From Camelus ferus (Eukaryota), in the NCBI RefSeq assembly GCF_009834535.1, contig NC_045697.1, positions 50,284,001 to 50,348,000 of the forward strand: a stretch of 64,000 nt of DNA, in the 5' to 3' direction. The translations under genes were made by a program, and so were the position numbers. Of this stretch, positions 51,580 to 63,719 are shown piece after piece. The notes beneath the pieces were generated by a model that ran no database searches, was not told the origin of the DNA, and worked only from the letters and a program-made list of their open reading frames with translations. The first letter of the stretch is position 1; every line of letters starts with the position of its first letter.

Positions 51580-51800
51580 AATTCTAGAAAAGGCAAAACT
51601 ACATAATGTCAGAAAGCAGATGAGTGGTTGCCTAAGACTGTAGGGAAGTCAGAGAATTGATTGCAAAGGGGCATGAAGACACTTTCAGGGAGCTGGAATT
51701 ATTTTATAGCTTGATTACAATGATGGCTTTACAACTACAAAATTCATTAAATTATTGATACCTAAAATGAGTAAATTTTATTATATCTTAACAACACCAC
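51580..51800 (+). mobile_element. Old L1M 3' UTR fragment
   Basis: 'attctagaaaaggcaaaacta...cagaaagcagatgagtggttgcc...ttgattgcaaaggggcatgaagacactttcagggagctggaa...cttgatt'. Confidence 0.8.
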
Positions 51801-53104
51801 TGAAAACGTGTGTGGGGGCTGGGGAGGCTTCCCAAGAAATGAACCAGAAGTGCCACTGACATTCATAATGGATAATGAGTTCACTTAGCTCTCTGAAGGA
51901 AAAATACCAAAGATGTATCTTTAACTTGATTGCTGTGCTATTAAAATCTTTCTATCTTTTGGATGAACGAGCAGTTTTTGTTACGTAGACTCTCTCTGTA
52001 TTAACCCTTCCCACTTTTTACCCAATAATTGTAATAACAGCCCAATAAAGAGTTAGTAGTAAATCTAAAAGGAATACAAAGTGAACCCTAGTTTCTTCAA
52101 TACTTGTTACCAAGAGATGAGAACTAATAGCCCCAACAAACACAAGAAGGATCATAACGCCATATCATAAACTTTTAAAAAGTGATCATGAAATGTAGAA
52201 GCCTTGAAAACTCTGGTGCAAAATAGTGGGAAAAGGCCCCCAACGTCACCTCTTTCCTCAATCAGTTGTCAAATTCAAGGGAATTCTCATGAGTGTTTTC
52301 TGCTTGTAAAAAAGGGGAACTGAGGTGTAAGTGGGAAGGCCTGGGAAAAGTTAAAGGATAACATTTACAGGGAAAAATGGCTGCCAAAATTTCCCACCTT
52401 CTAGGTCTGTTGAATTGAGGAAGATGAGAAAAAAATCTACAGGAGAGAATTGCACTTATGGTTGAGTGGGCCCTGGTACTTGACTTTCCTCTGCCCTCAA
52501 AGACAAAACCATGGCCAAGACCTCTAGCAGGGGCTGCCCCAAGACACCACTGTGTTCTTTCCCTTTCTCATTCTTTCTCTGTCTGAACATTGGCTAGAAA
52601 TTAACTCCCAGACCTTGTACTGAAGTTCATTGAAGTAAAGATAAACTAATTGAAGTTATGTTGTGTAGAATGTCAAGGAGCAGTCATTCAAATTATATGA
52701 GAGATAAGAGATAGTGTGTACAACACTGCCTAATTTAAGCATGCAATAGATACAAAGAAATGGCATGGCAACTAAACAAAATAAAGGAAGGGCCATTGGG
52801 TATAAAAATGTGATGAGCCCTGTAAAGTAAGAAAACATAAACTGCAGAAGAGAAGGGTATCCTTGAGTACTTTGTGCTGTAGAAGAACATCACAAGAATA
52901 TAATTCAATAAAACAACTTTTAAAATCTGAAACAGCAGAAGAATGAGATAGAAAAATCAATTTCAAACTAAGGGAAAATGTCTAAATATGATAGAAACAG
53001 CAAGTAACATACTATACGTGGTTGACAGGCAAATAAATGGCTTGATGAGAAACCTTGACGTTATCAGAGCTAATATAGAAGGAAAAAAATAAAGATTAAA
53101 GAGG

Positions 53105-53330
53105 CTATTTTATTTGTTTTCCTTTACAATATGTAAGCTTTTTTTTCCTCTCCCTCCCTCCGTCCCTCTCTCCTACCGTCCCTCCCTCCCTCCCTCCTTC
53201 CCACTTCCTTCCTTCCTTCCAGCACTGTCTAGGACTTCCAGGAAAACATTGGATAGGAGTTGTGAGAGGACATCCTTGACTATTCCTGAACTTAAGTGGA
53301 GAGTATTCAGGCTTTTACCATTTCTCAATT
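53105..53330 (-). mobile_element. L1 ORF2 fragment containing an internal (CCT/CCTT)n pyrimidine tract at about 53146-53220
   Basis: 'gcactgtctaggacttccaggaaaacattggataggagttgtgagaggacatccttg...ttcctgaacttaagtggagagtattcaggcttttaccatt'. Confidence 0.75.
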
Positions 53331-54443
53331 TTTTCTGTGATGAGGTTCTCAAACCTGTGTCCAGCTGCATTTGGTTGATATAAAACTATGTGATATTTAA
53401 AAGTATTCAGAATAAATCATTTTTTTCAAGTTCCCTTTCTGATCATCCTATATATTTCAGATCTAATAGGCCTTTTTTTATAAATAGGAGATAAGATGGA
53501 GATTAATGCCAGTGATTTGCAGAACAGCCCAAATAGTTTCTTTGACTTTTTGTTGGCTTATCTAAGATGAATACATCCACAGATAAATTATCTGATTCAT
53601 ATTCATTGGAAATCATAGGTAAGCCATTCTATTTTCCCCCTCCTCTCATGGATGCTAGGATTGTTATAAATCTTCAAATAACTAGACTTTCAATACGTTC
53701 TCATAAATATTTTTTATTCAATTTTTTTCACTTTCTGATCATTAAGGGTGTGCTAGCATGGGACCAAAGCATTTTATAACTAGGACATGTGCAGTGGCAG
53801 GTTGTTCCAAGAACTGTTAGAGTTGGGACTGCACCATCTGCGGTTGTTATGAATCCATTGTGACCATCTAGCTGGTGAAGAAGATTGGAACTGTGTTTAG
53901 GAATATGTTCATGCTGTTGACCTATGCAAGGAGTTCTAGTTCAGTTTTGTGTTTTGGTAATTTTGCTATTGATATCTCTGTCCTAGATCGTGAAGAGTGG
54001 ATGCGGTTTTTCCTTTATTCTCCATAGGATGAGACAGACCACATATGTTCTGCAGTTATCAGTTAATTGTCTGAAGAAATAGTATTCAACTGTTACCTTA
54101 TCTTCTAAGGCTAAAGCTACCAAATATTTATTTCTTTTTCTCCCCTCTATTTCCCAATTCCTCTGAAAATAAAAGTAACTGTTAGTTACTTCTTTTAAAT
54201 TATTTCATATATCATTTCTTTTATCCTCTTGCCACAACTGATACAACCATGACTGCTCATTTGTTTCTCTCTCAACCAGATCCACTCCATCTAAATATCC
54301 AGAATTAGGTGTGTAGCAAGGTACTCTTTATCTTTCTCTGCTCATAAAATTGATTATTTCAATAATAATTGAAGTCAAAAGACTTAGCCCAAACCATGCA
54401 TATATCTCTCATGCATTTATTAATTTCTTCTTTCCTTGCTTCA

Positions 54444-54528
54444 ATCTATATCTATATCTATATCTATATCTATATCTATATCTATATCTATATCTATATC
54501 AATATCTATATCTATATCTATATCTATA
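54444..54528. repeat. (ATCTAT)n hexanucleotide microsatellite, about 14 units with one variant unit
   Basis: Directly visible; it gives rise to the YL/IY repeat ORFs. Confidence 0.97.
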
Positions 54529-56249
54529 TATATGTATATGGAAAACCTGCTGTCTGTATTTATTAGATTCTGTTCTTCAGTGTTGGAGAAGAAATAATAA
54601 TAAACATTAACCCTTCACAAACATAATTAGAATGGGAGACAGAAACATAACAAAATAAAGAAAAAGAAATGTTGAAGTGTTGTGACAGTACTAGGGAAAA
54701 TGTTCTATGGATGCATAGAGGAAAAAGATGAGAGATTCTCTTTAACATTGAGTCCAGCAAAATACCTGCTAAACAAAAGAAAGTGTTCTTAGATGCTTGT
54801 AAGTTTCTGAAATGTGTAGGATCAGCTACTCAATGCTAGCAGTGAGAAACATAGCCCCATTGTCAACTGATCTGACTTTAAATTATGAATATTCCATATC
54901 CAGACACTTATCCTTCACAAAATAGCACAGGAAAGAAACTACTTCATAGACAAAAGAACACATTTTAAACATAAGGATCAGTGCAACCTGGGGCCTCAGA
55001 ATCTCTGGAGCTTAGAATCCCCAGAGCTGTCATATTTCCCAGGAAATAATAGACTTCTATTATAGACTTCCAAGTCTTATAGCATTGTCATCATAATTAA
55101 GCAAAATCAATATGCCTTTATTATCACAGTACATTGCATACATAGATACTACTAAAAAGTTTTATTCTAAAAAAATCACGCACGTGAATATGATAGAGGT
55201 GGCCAAACATGAAATGAACAGGAATATAGACCCAGAATTATATGTAAAGCAAAGGGAAATTTCAGTTTGTTTGCTCGGTTAAGTGAATAGGAGAAGTCTG
55301 AAACTTTATTTAGAAATAGGACAACTCTTTCTTTTCTAGGAAAGACATTGTGATCTGAAAGTCACCACCATAGTTCAATAAAAGCACTAGAACAAACACC
55401 AAGTCTCTCATTATTGATAAAAAGTAGTTGGAGGACCATTAAGAATTGTATTCCTTGATTGGTTGATTGATTAATTGATTTAATCAAAAGAACGTCTTGA
55501 AAATTATAAGATGTATAGAATTGGACTAAATTTCAGTTTAACCTCACAGCAATTTTTCTTGAATTTTGCTTAGCATTGGTTTCTACTACTTGGAAAATGT
55601 CTGTTGACTGTGATAGCATTAGATTCTCTTCAAAGACTCTCTCATTACCAGGAAAGAACATGATTACACCCACAGTCAGAACATACAGTACCTTGGTAAT
55701 ATGAACGTCCCATTTCTTGTTCAAACAAATATGCTGTGTGGTTTGTTTGAAGTCTTTTCTCATGACCATCTGTTCTCACAGGACAGGTGAAGGCAATGAT
55801 TCCTTTCTCACTAATAGCTCTCTTCAACACCAAAAGCATTGCATGTTTCTTAGCAAGCAGGAATATTAGGGATGTTGGTAGTCACTTCTCGGCTTTTACT
55901 ATTAAAAAATATTCACCCATGGGAAACCTTAACCATTTAGAATGAAATGTAAAATCCCCTACTCCTCCACTCTCTATATATAAAAGTTGTCATATTTCCC
56001 AGGAAATAATAGACTTCTATTATATATATATCCCCATACTTTCATTTTTTATTTAACACAGACAGGTCATACTTTACTGTGCTGAGAATACAAACTTTAA
56101 CCTGATGAAGAGAAAAGTAATAGCAAGTTCAATATTTCACTATCATTTAATAATTTCAGAATAAACTCAGAACTTTGAGGTTCTTTAAGCTCAATTAAAT
56201 TTTTAACTATCAAATCTGATTTTGTTACTCCCTTGATTAACAGAGGAGG

Positions 56250-56460
56250 GTCTCTGGAGCAAGTGTGCCTGGTTGGAAGCATGGTTCCATCAGTTTCTAT
56301 ATATTTGGCATTAGGCAAGTTGCTTTTTTGTGCTTCGGTCCTCTAATTTAAAATAGGATATAACACCACCTGCTTCGAATTGTTGTACGACTGAGTTCAT
56401 ATCTCTTACATGTGTAAAACCTAAACCCTGCATTTTAGGGATAGTTATTACTATGATTAT
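56250..56460 (+). mobile_element. MIR SINE
   Basis: 'gggtctctggagc...tgcctgg...ttaggcaagttgct...gtgcttcggtcctctaatttaaaataggatataacaccacct'. Confidence 0.7.
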
Positions 56461-56464
56461 GATC

Positions 56465-57095
56465 CAATGGTTTCCTATCTCTCTAGGTCTTAAACTAAAA
56501 AATTACTGACAAGGCCCTGCATGTTCTGCCACTGTCTGTGTCACCAAACACTGCCCTGCTCAGGAGTTCTTGAAATGGACTGGGCTTCTTCATCCCTTAG
56601 GTCTTTATACATGGGTCTTCCTCAGCCTCCCTTCATTTTACAGTACCCTACACCCTTCTCTGGGTAGTTCTCACATCTTTAAGTCTCAGGTGAAAAGTCA
56701 CTTTTGAAAAAAGTCTTTTATGACTCTCAGACTAAGACAGATCTCCTCTTGTTGAAAGTGAGCAGTAATCACAGTAATCACCTATTTATCTACCATAAAC
56801 ACTCGCGACAATGAAAGGAGGTAGTCCTGATTTTTAGTCTAGGATGGTAGGCGTCAATGGGAATTGTCCAAGGCATACCAGGACACACACACTTTCTACT
56901 ACATGGCTGTTGGGTCTTTAACTTTTCTTTTATACATAAGTTTACAATTGTCTTGAATTACTTGTGCAAGTATTTATTTATGTCTTATTTTTCTGCTAGT
57001 CTGTAAGCTCTGTGTGTCTTACTCACCACCATATTGCTAGCTCCTGGCATACTGCCTAGCACACTGTCCCAAAAATATTGTTGAATGAGTCAGTG
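56465..57095 (+). mobile_element. L2 3' region interrupted by a MER94-like element
   Basis: 'caaggccctgcatgttctgcc...tttaagtctcaggtgaaaagtcact' and 'ctagtctgtaagctc...tgtgtcttactcacc...cctggcatactgcctagcacac...aatattgttgaatgagt'. Confidence 0.75.
56772..56898. mobile_element. MER94-like hAT-Blackjack MITE
   Basis: 'tatttatc...aaacact...atgaaaggagg...aggcgtcaatgggaattgtccaaggcataccaggaca' resembles the recalled MER94 consensus. Confidence 0.55.
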
Positions 57096-58738
57096 ACTAG
57101 TAGACTTGTATCAAAATCTAAGCAAGTTCCACACTATGCCATGTCAGGCCAGTCATGAGTGCAAAAGCCTGACCCTTCTCTCATTTGGAGGAATCAGTAA
57201 TCCAGCTTCCTTCTTCCTGGCCTTACTTAAGCCTTTGCCTGAGACCTTCTTTGAAGAGGTAGCAGATCCACTGTTGTGTGATTCCACTGTTGTGTGATTC
57301 CAGTGTCGGTCTTGAACTCTTGACATTGTGTTCTTAGCTTGAAAAATTTCCCACACTTTGGGTTTGCAAAAGTATATCAGTGGGCATGTGACTGAGCCAG
57401 TAAGTTAAACTGGCTACTGATATTTGTGTAATTATAGGAATCTGGATAAAGGCCAGGAGAGCCTGGGGCTTACATACTTCAATGAGTGGCTCAGGCAACA
57501 TGCCTATTTCTATGCAAATAACTGTAGCATGGAAATTACAGTTGTTGAAATGGAATCCATATTTATATTATCCTGAGGTTTCTTTCTACAGAATAGAAGT
57601 AATAGTAAAATAGCCAATTTTTTTAGAATATCCAAAAATTCATTAACATTTAGAATCATACATAAAAAATACAATAGAAAATCTTCCAAATTTATAGAAT
57701 ATATACATTATTGACTTGGCTCTCCTGCATTGCTATAGGTAAGACATCTAAGTTGCCCATATTTCAATGATGGTATTTCCCATGTTTAGGTTCTTTGTAG
57801 ATGAGTGTGGATGCCCTGTCTGAATCTCTGGTTCAGGAGGATTAGGTGTGCACTCTCCCTGGATCACATTCCATGGGTTAGAACAAAGTACACACTCAAC
57901 AGAACAGGAAATTGGATCAGTAAATGGGAACGAGTCAGAGAATGAAACATAAATGTACATGCTTTTAACAACACTATCTTTTTCTGCCTCTGGACCTCCC
58001 TGACTCAACCTCATTCCATTACCTTCTTTGGAGAGAATTTAGATTATAATTTACTTAATGTTTAATATAAGAATTTAATCTTCCAAACTAGTTTTTGTCC
58101 AGAATCATCCTTTCACTACCATAGAATGCTAAAGCGTTCCTGTAAAACCCTTTGAAAGATCTTAATTATTCTAGAAACATTTATATATGTATTTTATTCA
58201 TGCCATTTATGCCTTCATCCCTTCAGTAAGATGTTTGCTAAGAATTTCCTCTTGGGTATAATGAATCGGTAAAATTTTGAAATGAGAGGCAGCACCCAAG
58301 GCTCTTCGGTTTTCACCCTTACTATACAAGGCCAAAGATGAGGTCCATTTTCCCTCATTCTCTATCTAGGGTTTCCTTAATGTCACTCTAATGTCAAATT
58401 TCTTAGCAGAGAGAAAAGTTTCCTGATCTCATTTCCTCTTTCTTTGATAAGTTTCAGGGATCAAAAACACTTTCTGGTTTCCCATGTCTTTTCATATTTC
58501 TAAGCTGTCTAGTTAGGCTATAGTTTATGTGAGGTAGTATAAAACAATATTCTTAGGATTCTCTGAACTCAGTAAAATCTTAACCAGTTTCATTTCCTTA
58601 TCATGTTTCTTCTTATTTGTGATCTAAGTATGAAATACCTCACAAAATTATGAACTTATAAGTAATTGTTTATAACTGTTGTTAAGATTTCTCCTTTGGA
58701 ACAAATGGGGGTGCACATTTTAAAATAATGGAAGTTTT

Positions 58739-58760
58739 ATATATATATATATATATATAT
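58739..58760. repeat. (AT)11 microsatellite
   Basis: Directly visible. Confidence 0.95.
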
Positions 58761-59689
58761 TCAAAATGACCTCAATAACAGCAAATCACTTAGTTGGAAA
58801 ACAGTTTTTTTCTCCCTAAATACATTTTAAATTCATTGGGTAAAACTTTTTAGCCATTTTATTTTGATATATTTTTATAGAATACTACCAATTGTCGAAT
58901 TCAGACCCAATTTTCAGCTCTTCATTTTCACTGAAGGCTATATAATCAAAAGAGTATTTTTTTTAGTTTGGTAGAGTAAGTCATCTAAGAATTTAAATTT
59001 AGTTATATATACCTGCTCTTAACCATTTCCATTTAAATACAAAATTTTGGTAAAGTCATCACTTCTTTCACTTTTAAAATAATTACGATAAAAACAAATA
59101 CAGAATATATGTGTACTTTTCCATTTCCCGCCAACGATTATTTCTCTAAAATCTCTCAAACTAATCATTTCTTTAATCCAACTTCAACGCATATAAAAAC
59201 CAGCACCAGAAAATCCAGAAGTTATTTTTGTAATAAATTTGATGGTTTAGGAATAATTTTTCTGAATAAGTAAGAGACAAGATTATCTTAAGAGAGTATT
59301 ATGACTAATAATACAGTGTATTTAGCAATTGTCACATGGTACGTTATATTATCAAGCTGTAAGCATTTAAATAGAAACAATCCTTCTCAATTCCTCTGGG
59401 TCCTCAGTGGCCGACATTGTTTGGGAACTCCTTTCTGTGACCAAAAGTGGTCCTGTTAGGCTACGATTTTCCAGTAGATTTCAGCTAGAGTGTAGAGCTT
59501 GATATTAGGCTGTGAAGAGTGTATCTGTATGAACAAAATACCACCTATCTACTGATGCAATTCAGGCAGGTGTAATGAAATCACTCTGGATTTCTTAAGC
59601 TTATGATGGTGATACAACAGTGCTTATTTTTAAAAATTATTTTTGAAAAAAATTTGGAATGTTTATGAATGTGTACACAAAGGTAGCAA

Positions 59690-60458
59690 GTTGAAAGGCA
59701 CAGCGTTTGAAATCATGACCTTTCGTGTTCTACAGACTGGGACTGGCTCTGTTCTGGAATCATCATCTACCAGCTGTGAGTCCAGGAGCAGGTTACAGGT
59801 TGGCTGAGTTTCCGTGTTTTCATCTGTCCTAAGGCACAGCGAAGTCTGTGGTAGACATACTTGGTTGCCTATGCAAAATCCATTCCCCTCTGTTCAGGTT
59901 TTGGGCATCCTTGCATACAGAGAAATCTGGGCCTCTTCTCAGCCTCGGGAGGCAAATATTGATTAGATTAAGTGCTATTCGCAGTGAGAGTGACTGATAA
60001 AGAGTGGGCATGTCATGAAATTATAGACAACAAATCATGATGTGAGTCTGTGTAGCATCATCTAGAAACTTGCCTTCCTTCTTAAAATGGATCATGTTCT
60101 CTTTTCAGTCCTTTGGATGTTGTGTGAGGCTATGATGCTCAGAGCAGCAACTGCCATCTTGTAACCATAAGCCATTAAGCCTTAAACAGTGCCAGGAGGG
60201 CAGAGCAGGCATAAAAGCACCTGGGTCCTTGACATCACCGAGCTGAGGCATAACTTATCCTTAGACACACCCAACTCTGTATTTCTTGTTATTTGAAATA
60301 ACAGATTTCTTTTAACATTTATACCTTTTTGAATTGGGTCTAAATCTAGCCCTTGCAGCTGAAAACATTTGAATAGATATAAATAATTACCTCCATACCA
60401 TTGTTTTGAGAATTAAATGAAATGCCATGTAAAATGCATGCTTGGCACAGCTCTCAGA
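59690..60458 (+). mobile_element. MIR SINE split by an MLT1 LTR (pieces about 59690-59830 and 60380-60458)
   Basis: Left piece 'cagactggg...tctaccagctgtgagtcc.ggagcaggtta...ctgagtttccgtgttttcatctgt'. Right piece 'aataattacctccata...ttgttttgagaattaaatgaaat...tgtaaaatgc...cttggcaca'. Confidence 0.75.
59847..60379 (+). mobile_element. Old MaLR solo LTR (MLT1J/K-like)
   Basis: 'tgtggtagacatacttggttgccta..caaaatccattcccct...gctatgatgctcagagcagcaactgccatcttgtaaccat...acctgggtccttgacatcaccgagctg...cttgcagctgaaa'. Confidence 0.8.

Positions 60459-60503
<45 letters not shown>
60459..60503. repeat. (ATT)15 microsatellite at the MIR 3' tail
   Basis: Directly visible perfect repeat. Confidence 0.97.
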
Positions 60504-61582
60504 GATGCTAAAACTGCTACTTCTGCAATGGTTCTCATGTCAGATTTCAGCATTAGTTTTGGGCAAAATTATGAGGTGTGAATTGGAAAAAATGGGGAAA
60601 AATCATTTTCTCCAGTCTATTTTCCTCTTTCCTCTTTCAGTATGTCCTCCACTTGCTTTTGTACCCCTGAATCCCTCTTACCATGCATAAGATGGATTAG
60701 TGATTGTAACATATAAAGGTATATGTTTAATAAGACATTTTTTAACCCAAAGAAATTATACCCCCAGTGTTAGAATTCCAAATACCATATCCAGTTAGTG
60801 GGTAAAAATATGGAGTAAGTGAGACTTCTCTGCATCTCCAAAATGTTACCATATAAACACTCACTTACATCTAACACCAAACCTTTCAGCATACAAGTGG
60901 TCACTAAATCCCACATTGTTTTTTGTCTAGTCACACTGCCTTGTAAGGGAAGAATTCCCCTCTCTGGTATAATTGCTAACACTGGATAATTATCAGGTGG
61001 TGCCCTGAGCATTTCAGATCATTATCTGTTGACAGTGAGTACTGTTCATTTTTAAACCAGTAAGAGAAGCTAATTTTTCCTTTGCATATCTACAGAACTT
61101 GTGGGGGGTTAAAAACGGAAGATGTGAGTCTCTCTTGCATTTCCAGGGAACTTGGCCACTGTATTTACTGTTCTAAATTTGAGAAGAGTTGCTTATTCCT
61201 TCCAAGCATGAAGAGAGATTGGTGTGTATTGCACATTGACACACGAAAAGAAGCAACTTCAAGAATTTACAAGATCATTTCTTCTGTTTTAGCTCTTATT
61301 TGGTGTGAGACATCGCCACACACTTCAGAATGTAAAGCAAATTATTAGGAAGTACAGCCAACTATGGAGGAAAAACGGACAAACACTACCTCTCACTTCT
61401 ATCTCCCCTTAAGAAGAATGACAGAAATCTGAGCACTTTCCCAAAGACCTAGAATGTCTTGAGATCAATTTCATGACTAATTTTCTAGTCAACTATCTAT
61501 ACAGAAGGCAGCCCTCTTTATTCCAATGTCCCCAAGGGGGGCCTTAATGGGAAAGTTTCTTCTATGTGCTATCCTTACAGGT

Positions 61583-61759
61583 AGGACTAGTGAGATAATT
61601 TGCAAAAGTTAGGATAAAATGAAATGTGAGGCCCCTTATTCAAAAGTTATTAAGAATTTCAAGGCAGAGGCAACAGGTCATTAAAGCCAGCATTGAAGGG
61701 GAACCTCAGAGCTGGGGGCCTAGATGCTGTCCAGATGACCACAGGGGAAGCTGGTCCCT
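61583..61759 (-). mobile_element. MER45A-like hAT-Tip100 MITE
   Basis: 'ataatttgc...aaaatgaaatgtgaggccccttattcaaaagttattaagaatttcaagg...cattaaagccagc...gggggcct...gaagctggtccct'. Confidence 0.75.
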
Positions 61760-62337
61760 CTGGACAGAGCTGATTTTCCTCATCTCTCTGCCTCTTTAGA
61801 GTTAGGCACGTGAAGTAGTGGGAAGAGCGTGGAGGGCGACAGACCTAGTTGAAAGCCTGGCTCTTTTCCTTCTGCATGTGCTGGTGTGAATGAGGTACTG
61901 TCTCAACTCTTGCACAGCACTGCTCAGAGGCTTAAATGCTCTAAGAACCCATTGCTGTACCTTTGACAAGAGAGACCAAGTAAATGGTTTCAGAGAGCCT
62001 GGGTTTAAATCTTGGAAAGGTCTAGTCTCTTGTCCAGGTGACTAGGACCCCATTTGAGTGAGTGTTAGGTCATACTTTTCTGGCTTTACTCTGTTCTGTA
62101 GCCTACACGCTAATGCCCACTTACGGACATCTGGTGGATGTGGTCACAAGGAAAGCTAAGTGAGGGTCAGCACAGTGGTCAGCACAACCCACTCTGTATC
62201 ATGAAAAATAATTCAAAAGGCTCAATAGTGTAATATTTGTATCCAGTAGATGCATATTGCTGTCAATAATGGAAGATTTTCTTCCTTTCCTTTCTTTCGT
62301 TTTAGTTTGTTAACATACTCCAAATAGGAAATGACAT

Positions 62338-62364
62338 TTTATTTATTTATTTATTTATTTATTT
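62338..62364. repeat. (TTTA)n microsatellite
   Basis: Directly visible, about 6 units. Confidence 0.9.
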
Positions 62365-63719
62365 CAATTTATTTTTTAATTTATTTTGCTTTGAGTTGAC
62401 AACCGTAATGTCTTATCAAAAAGCCAATATCTAGATTCTAACTAACAGAGGAAAAGGGAGCTCCTTTGGAGATCACCAGCTAAAATAAAATAAAGCATCC
62501 TTTGTTTGAAGTTCATATCTGGTGTGGGAAAAGTGGTTAACTCACCTATTGGCTTCTTGTGTTCACATTTCTAAGAATTAATATAATGAAAATTAAACAG
62601 GTGAATAAGAGGAGACACGTGCAGTATTAATTCTTGAATAGCTGAATCGAATGTCAAAGAAAGCTTTGGAGCCACAGTAAAATAATCTGCCCAGATTTCT
62701 TGTTACTCTGTATTTAGGATTTCTGCCCATCTTTGAAAAAAAGTTGTAACAGAAGAGAAGAAAGTTTCCCTCTGCACTGGGATTTAATCCTTGACTATTC
62801 CTCCAATATTGACTGACACTTGGGAAGACACATGATTTTGGGGAAAACCTTCTTATAGTAAGTGAGGATACTGTTGTCTGGAGATATGAAATAAACATGC
62901 TGCCTAGAGTTATGCAGTTTACAAGAATGATGGTGTTTCCATGTTCTCAGGAACTGGGAAGATTATCTCACCAAACAAATGTTTATTTTTCTTGATAAAT
63001 AAGGATCTGCCAGTATATTTATTACTTGATTGTGTTTAGGCCCCTTTGTGTGTCTCTGTCTACATGGGTGTGAGATTAGATTTTTAACCCCCAAATGCTG
63101 GGGCTGGTGCTCAGTGTCATCTAATAATGTCTTCAAAACCCTATATAAATCTGTAAGCCAGGACAGGTCTGGTTTGCTATCATGATAAGGAATCTATTTT
63201 GAGATTCAGGCTTCGTATGATATACGTGAAACATGAAGCCAACCAGAAGCCATACTTTTTAATGATTGATTTTTGATAGATCTTGTGCTAGACAATGGCA
63301 CCAACCCATGAGCACCAAACACAGGGGCAATAAAAGGATGAAGGGAGTTGATTACAGAGAATAGAACAGACGATATTCTCACATTTTCATAAGAGGCCTC
63401 AGCTATAGGCACCCAGCCATCTAGATGAAGGAAAGTAGATAGCCACACCAGTAAGGTTTTTAAAATATCTAAGCAGCTGACAGATGAGAGATTATAGTGA
63501 ATAAGTTCTGAAATTTGGTGGGATTTTTGTGTGGCTTCTTTTGCCCTGAAAATGGGAGCCTTCCATTTGTAGCCATTAGTACATTCAGTCCCCAGTGACA
63601 AAGTGGTGGCTTCAGATGATGGGCCAGGGGAGCGGAGATGGACCAGGAGTTAGGAGAGAAGGTGGTGTATGGATGAGATTCACACCATAACCCAGAAGGC
63701 AGCAGTGATGCCAGAGAAT

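Noticed and set aside
54350..54610. ORFs with YL/IY dipeptide repeats
   Set aside because: Translation artefact of the (ATCTAT)n microsatellite.
60442..60690. ORF with a poly-Leu, signal-peptide-like N-terminus
   Set aside because: The poly-Leu is the (ATT)15 microsatellite at a MIR tail, and the ORF starts at a non-ATG codon.
63206..63601. 131-aa minus-strand ORF, the longest outside recognised repeats
   Set aside because: No recognisable domain or clear splice boundaries. An ORF of this length is plausible by chance in 64 kb across six frames; BLASTp or PhyloCSF would settle it.
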